A stretch of DNA of 64,000 nucleotides from assembly GCA_043228905.1 (NCBI GenBank), contig JBHGNT010000014.1, positions 18,414,001 to 18,478,000 on the forward strand, given 5' to 3'. Under the pieces are notes generated by a model, which did not search any database, was not told where the DNA came from, and worked only from the letters and a program-made list of their open reading frames with translations. This document shows, in pieces, positions 59,846 to 64,000 of this stretch. Position numbers and translations under genes: made by a program. Numbering within the stretch: the stretch's first letter is position 1; each line of letters opens with the position of its first letter. The stretch comes from Azolla caroliniana. Lineage: Eukaryota > Plantae > Polypodiophyta.

Positions 59846-61456
59846 CAGGTTACGGAGAGAGCACGAAGACTTGCTGAATGGAGACGGCGGTGAGAGGCTT
59901 TTCAGCAAGTAGCGGAAGAAATCCGAACGGATCGATCATTTTCCAAAGTGATCCGGAAAGTGGCGGAGGAGTCGCTCCGTCTGCAACAAAACGCTTACCC
60001 GGACGAAGGAAGCAGCTTAAGCAGCCTCCGGGAAGCGGAAACGCTTCTCCAGGCCTTGGCCAGAAGAGAAGGCGAATCTGAAGCATTCTCAACACTGGAA
60101 TCGGATTTGGAAGGGGGTTACAGCGCGCATACGAACTATCGCAGCAGTAACGAGATCCCAGGAGGACCGGAGGACGAGGAGTCGGATACTTTACCGACAC
60201 TGGAACCAGAGTTGGCAGACCAAAAACCTCCGACACTCGTCGTGGAGCAACCTCCGGAGACGGAAGTACACCGGCAAAAACCTCCAACACCGGAAGTCGA
60301 GCTGGCAACACCAAAGGAAAACCAACAAAGACCTCAGACGTCGGCGGAACAGCAGGAAAGACCACAGACACCGCCAGGCCGCGTACCGACACCGGACGAC
60401 GATATCCCGTTCGAATACTCCAAGTATCGGGATGACTCGGACGCGGAGGCTCATGTTCACGCATTTGAACAAACATGAGAAGCAAACCATGTGTCACAAC
60501 GGTTAACCGCGGCAGAAGAGGAACGATCTAAGATAGCCGAATTCGGCGTGACATTAGAAGGACTGGCTGCCAGATGGCACCGAACGCAGGATCGCAGCAC
60601 CATCACCACCTTTGCGGACCTGAAAGACAAATTCTTGCACTTCTTCCAGAAGGAGGTGGATCAGCGAGAAATGGTGGGCTTATTTTACACAATTCGGTAG
60701 GACCCCAGCGAGAGCATCCCACAGTTTGTCATCCGGTTTCAACGGATGCACAGTCAGCTTACCCGCGCACCTCCGGAGGAAGAAACGCGGGCTATATTTT
60801 TAGCCACGCTCCGGGAACCTCTACGAACGGTATGCACGGTCATTGACTTTCGCACAAGCACCGTTGACCAAGTCATCGACCGGGTTCGAGAAATGGAGAA
60901 AACGAGCTCTTGGCTAACAATGGGAGCCCTCCAACGAGCATTACCAACCGATGAGGATCTCTGTTTCCGGCAAGCAATCCAATGCACAACTTGCTTGAAT
61001 TCCGGACACTCGTCACTGGAGTGCACCATGCGGACGCACTGCTTACTTTGCCAATCTACGAGCCACACGATGGACCGGTGCGAATATAACTTATTGAATC
61101 GGCAAGCTCCACCAGTCCGGCAAATCGAGCCACGTAGCAGCCGAGACGAAGAAGATGAACGCTGGCGACGAGAGGAGCAATATCGACCGGCACAAGATGT
61201 CCAGTACGACAACCGGTGAGACAACTGCGACTGGTACAAGAAATACGACAAGTAACAAGAATACAATGGACGGTACGAGCATCACAACCGGGATCACTCC
61301 CCCGGGTATCACCAATGACGGGAAGATTACGGGAGGTATGACGACCAACCCCGACAAGGGTACCGCAACAAAAAGAACTTTAATAAAAAATGGCATTTCA
61401 AAAATGGGAGCCACCCACATGAACCGGAAAAAGGCGCCTCAAGCAGCCACCCAGAC

Positions 61457-64000
61457 TGTTGAGAAGCAAGCTCAACATGGTATGTGATGCTTATGAGAAA
61501 TAAGCTATAGTAGCTATTTAGCTACTAGTGAACAAACAGGTAAAACAGCTATTTAGCTAGTGACAGCTAATTAGCTAGTGAACAGCTATTTAGCGACTGA
61601 CAGCTAATTAGCTACTGGCAGCTAATTAGCTGCATGTGTAATAACTTATGACTTAGGTAAAAGTAAGTGAGAGAAAATAGGAAGTAAGTAGTAAGGAAAA
61701 AACAGAGAATAGTGAGTAGAGAACTCTGAGAGAGAGTGAGAGACCAGAAGACTGACGAGAGCAAGTTGAGCTCTACATGTAATAGAAGAAAACCATTTTG
61801 CTACTACAGAGGTAAGTCCCCTTTCCTTTCTCTGTCTGTTTAGAGCACGCTAACGATCCAGCACACTACGATCCGCCGCGCACATAAGAAGAGCTCGAGT
61901 GCCTTCTTCACGTTTTCTTAACATGGTATCAGAGCAGAGTAGCTCGTAAGGAAGAGTATAGCAGTGCCTTAATCTGAGAAAGTTATTTCTTTGGTTGCTG
62001 ATCAGAAATCAGAAAGTTACTTGTTGAAGTAACTAAAGCAAAACCCTGGTTTTTTGGAAGAAAAAAATGGCTGCAGAGAATGTAGGCCAAATGGTCACAG
62101 AGAAATTAGATAAAAACAATTTCCCGGCGTGGAAATTCAGAATGACAAACTTTCTGATGGGGAAAGGATACTGGGATTACATTGAAGGAGACCTAGAAGA
62201 GGCTCCAGAGATCCCAGAAGAAAATGCCACAGCAGCACAGATTAAAGCATTCAAAGATTGGAATCAAGGGGCAAGGAAGGTAATGCATTGGCTCTCACTT
62301 AGCATCTCAGATTCAATGCTTGGGCATATACAAGATGCTATGCTCCCAAAAGAAGCTTGGGACAACTTGGTAAAACTGTTTGCTGTGAACACAAAGGCTA
62401 GAAAGCTCCAGTTAAAGACTGAGCTAAATACCTTGGAGAAAGGTAAGATGTCAATAAATGAATATGCCCTAAAAATCAAGAGTATATGTGAATCACTTGC
62501 TTCTATCAATGTGAAGACAGAAGATGATGACAAAGTGGAAATATGCTTAAGAGGCTTAGGACCTCAATACAAGAGTTTTAAAACTTCTATGCTCACAAGG
62601 GATAGTATCCCAAGTTTTCCAGATCTGGTCTCAATGCTTGTGGTAGAGGAAAGGAATCAGATGGATGATGCAAATAAAGGAAACTCAGAGAACGAGGGGC
62701 AAGCCCTCTATAATAATGCCGGAAGAGGCCGAGGAAGAGGCCATGGAAGATTTGGCTCAGGAAGAACCAATAATAATGGCTTCCAAGGAAGAGGACAACA
62801 AGCTCATAGAGGAGGAAACAACAACAGAGGCAGGGGGAGCAACCGAAGTAGAGGTAAGCAAACTTATGTAAATGATGATGGCTGCTGGTATTGTGGTAAA
62901 CCAGGCCATACACAGGCTGAATGTTACAAGAAACAAAATGATGAGAAAAGAGGAAAAGGACAACAGAGTAACTATGCCTCTACTAGTGAAGATTGTGAAA
63001 AGGAAGGTGGTTTTGTAGTGCAACATGAGATAGCAGCAGTGGCTGAAAGCTCACAGAAATGTAATGAAGAGTTTACGTGGTATGTAGACTCGGGGGCATC
63101 TAACCATATGACTGGACATGCAAATTGGTTTGAGAGTTTAAGAGAACCAGAGGTTCCTGGTTATGTACAAACAGGTGATGACACAACTCACCAAATAAAA
63201 CATGTTGGAGATATCCCATTGTGGGAAGAAAGAGGAAAAACCAAGTATATGTTGAATGTGATGCATGTTCCAAACTTTGCTAAGAATCTGATTTCTGTTG
63301 GACAGATTGTAGAGCAAGGTATGCAAGTGAAGTTTAAGCAAAGTGGATGCTATATAGAAAAGAATGGAAAGCTCATTGCAAAAGGGAAGAGACAAGGAAG
63401 AATGTTTATCTTGGATGTAGAAATGCCCAAACAGATTTCAGCCATGTTTGCAAATGGAACGAGTGTAATCTCAGATGTGGAAATGTGGCATAAAAGGATT
63501 GGCCATATAAGTATGCAAACATTAAAGAATATGTTGAGAAAAGATGCAGTGGCTGGACTGCCAAACTTGAAAAAGTGTGAAATGGGAAAAGTATGTGAAG
63601 CATGTCAATATGGTAAGCAAAACAGGTTGCCATTCCCTCATGAAAGACATGTAAGCAAAAATCTGTTGGATTTGGTACATACAGATGTATGGGGACCAAC
63701 AAAGAATGCATCTATTGGTGGATGCAGATTTTATGTTACATTTATTGATGATTGTTCACGAAAGACATGGGTGTACTTCATGAAGGAGAAAAGTGAAGTA
63801 TTTGACTGTTTTCGTAAGTTTAAATGCATGGTAGAAAAGCAGGCTGGTACAAGGATAAAATGTTTGAGATCTGATGGAGGAGGAGAGTATTTCTCCAATG
63901 AATTTTCTGATTTTTTGTGTAATCAGGGAATAAGAAGACAGTTCACATGCCGATATACTCCACAGCAAAATGGAGTTGCTGAGAGGAAAAATAGAACTTT
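61457..64000 (+). mobile_element. Element H: apparently intact Ty1/copia (5' LTR 61457-61923, PBS 61924-61935), continues beyond the window
   Basis: TGTTGAGAA...TTCTTAACA termini and PBS TGGTATCAGAGC (tRNA-iMet). Confidence 0.95.
62067..64000 (+). CDS. Copia gag-pol polyprotein (gag, CCHC, protease, integrase), open to the window end
   Basis: MAAENVGQMVTEKLDKNNFPAWKFRM...CWYCGKPGHTQAEC...WYVDSGASNHMTG...WHKRIGH...CEACQYGK...VHTDVWGP...LRSDGGGEY...TPQQNGVAERKNRT. No stop seen, consistent with its absence from the ORF track. Confidence 0.93.
   Translation, partial: MAAENVGQMVTEKLDKNNFPAWKFRMTNFLMGKGYWDYIEGDLEEAPEIPEENATAAQIKAFKDWNQGARKVMHWLSLSISDSMLGHIQDAMLPKEAWDNLVKLFAVNTKARKLQLKTELNTLEKGKMSINEYALKIKSICESLASINVKTEDDDKVEICLRGLGPQYKSFKTSMLTRDSIPSFPDLVSMLVVEERNQMDDANKGNSENEGQALYNNAGRGRGRGHGRFGSGRTNNNGFQGRGQQAHRGGNNNRGRGSNRSRGKQTYVNDDGCWYCGKPGHTQAECYKKQNDEKRGKGQQSNYASTSEDCEKEGGFVVQHEIAAVAESSQKCNEEFTWYVDSGASNHMTGHANWFESLREPEVPGYVQTGDDTTHQIKHVGDIPLWEERGKTKYMLNVMHVPNFAKNLISVGQIVEQGMQVKFKQSGCYIEKNGKLIAKGKRQGRMFILDVEMPKQISAMFANGTSVISDVEMWHKRIGHISMQTLKNMLRKDAVAGLPNLKKCEMGKVCEACQYGKQNRLPFPHERHVSKNLLDLVHTDVWGPTKNASIGGCRFYVTFIDDCSRKTWVYFMKEKSEVFDCFRKFKCMVEKQAGTRIKCLRSDGGGEYFSNEFSDFLCNQGIRRQFTCRYTPQQNGVAERKNRT

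Larger units (their letters stand above)
54903..61456 (+). mobile_element. Element G: gypsy-type element of another family (partial 5' LTR to about 55175, PBS 55181-55190, gag with two CCHC knuckles), interrupted by F and by copia H
   Basis: TATA cctatataaa at about 54922; PBS TGGCGACCAC (tRNA-Arg-like). Gag MTRPIDDP|VTERARR... rejoins in frame across F; CTTCLNSGHSSLEC and CLLCQSTSHTMDRC; several in-frame stops. Confidence 0.8.

Overview
Eukaryotic DNA, most likely from a non-seed land plant (moss-like; inferred from GT-AG introns, a primer-binding site (PBS) matching plant tRNA-Trp and a group-I chromodomain gypsy element). Positions 1-18.5 kb (minus strand) hold one giant intron-containing gene. 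Its protein starts MGKCSS (myristoylation/S-acylation-type N-terminus) and continues as an E/Q/D/H-rich hierarchical repeat, ending in near-perfect 1467-bp (489-aa) units that run off the window. A stop plus frameshift at about 7.7-7.8 kb can be removed by a 113-nt GT-AG intron, giving more than 5,100 aa; the repeats carry many acidic F-x-x-I/L/V (ATG8-interacting-like) motifs. About 19-26 kb is AT-rich intergenic DNA. From 26.4 kb to the end is a deeply nested LTR-retrotransposon cluster: two copia elements, a chromovirus remnant with heat-shock elements and a tRNA-like segment in its LTR, a tRNA-Arg-primed gag element, and six members of a tRNA-Trp-primed gypsy lineage. That lineage shows 4-bp target-site duplications (TSDs) centred on CpG, a conserved -1 frameshift heptamer plus pseudoknot, a DHG protease motif and a gag-only non-autonomous member. 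All calls were made by eye, with no database searches.
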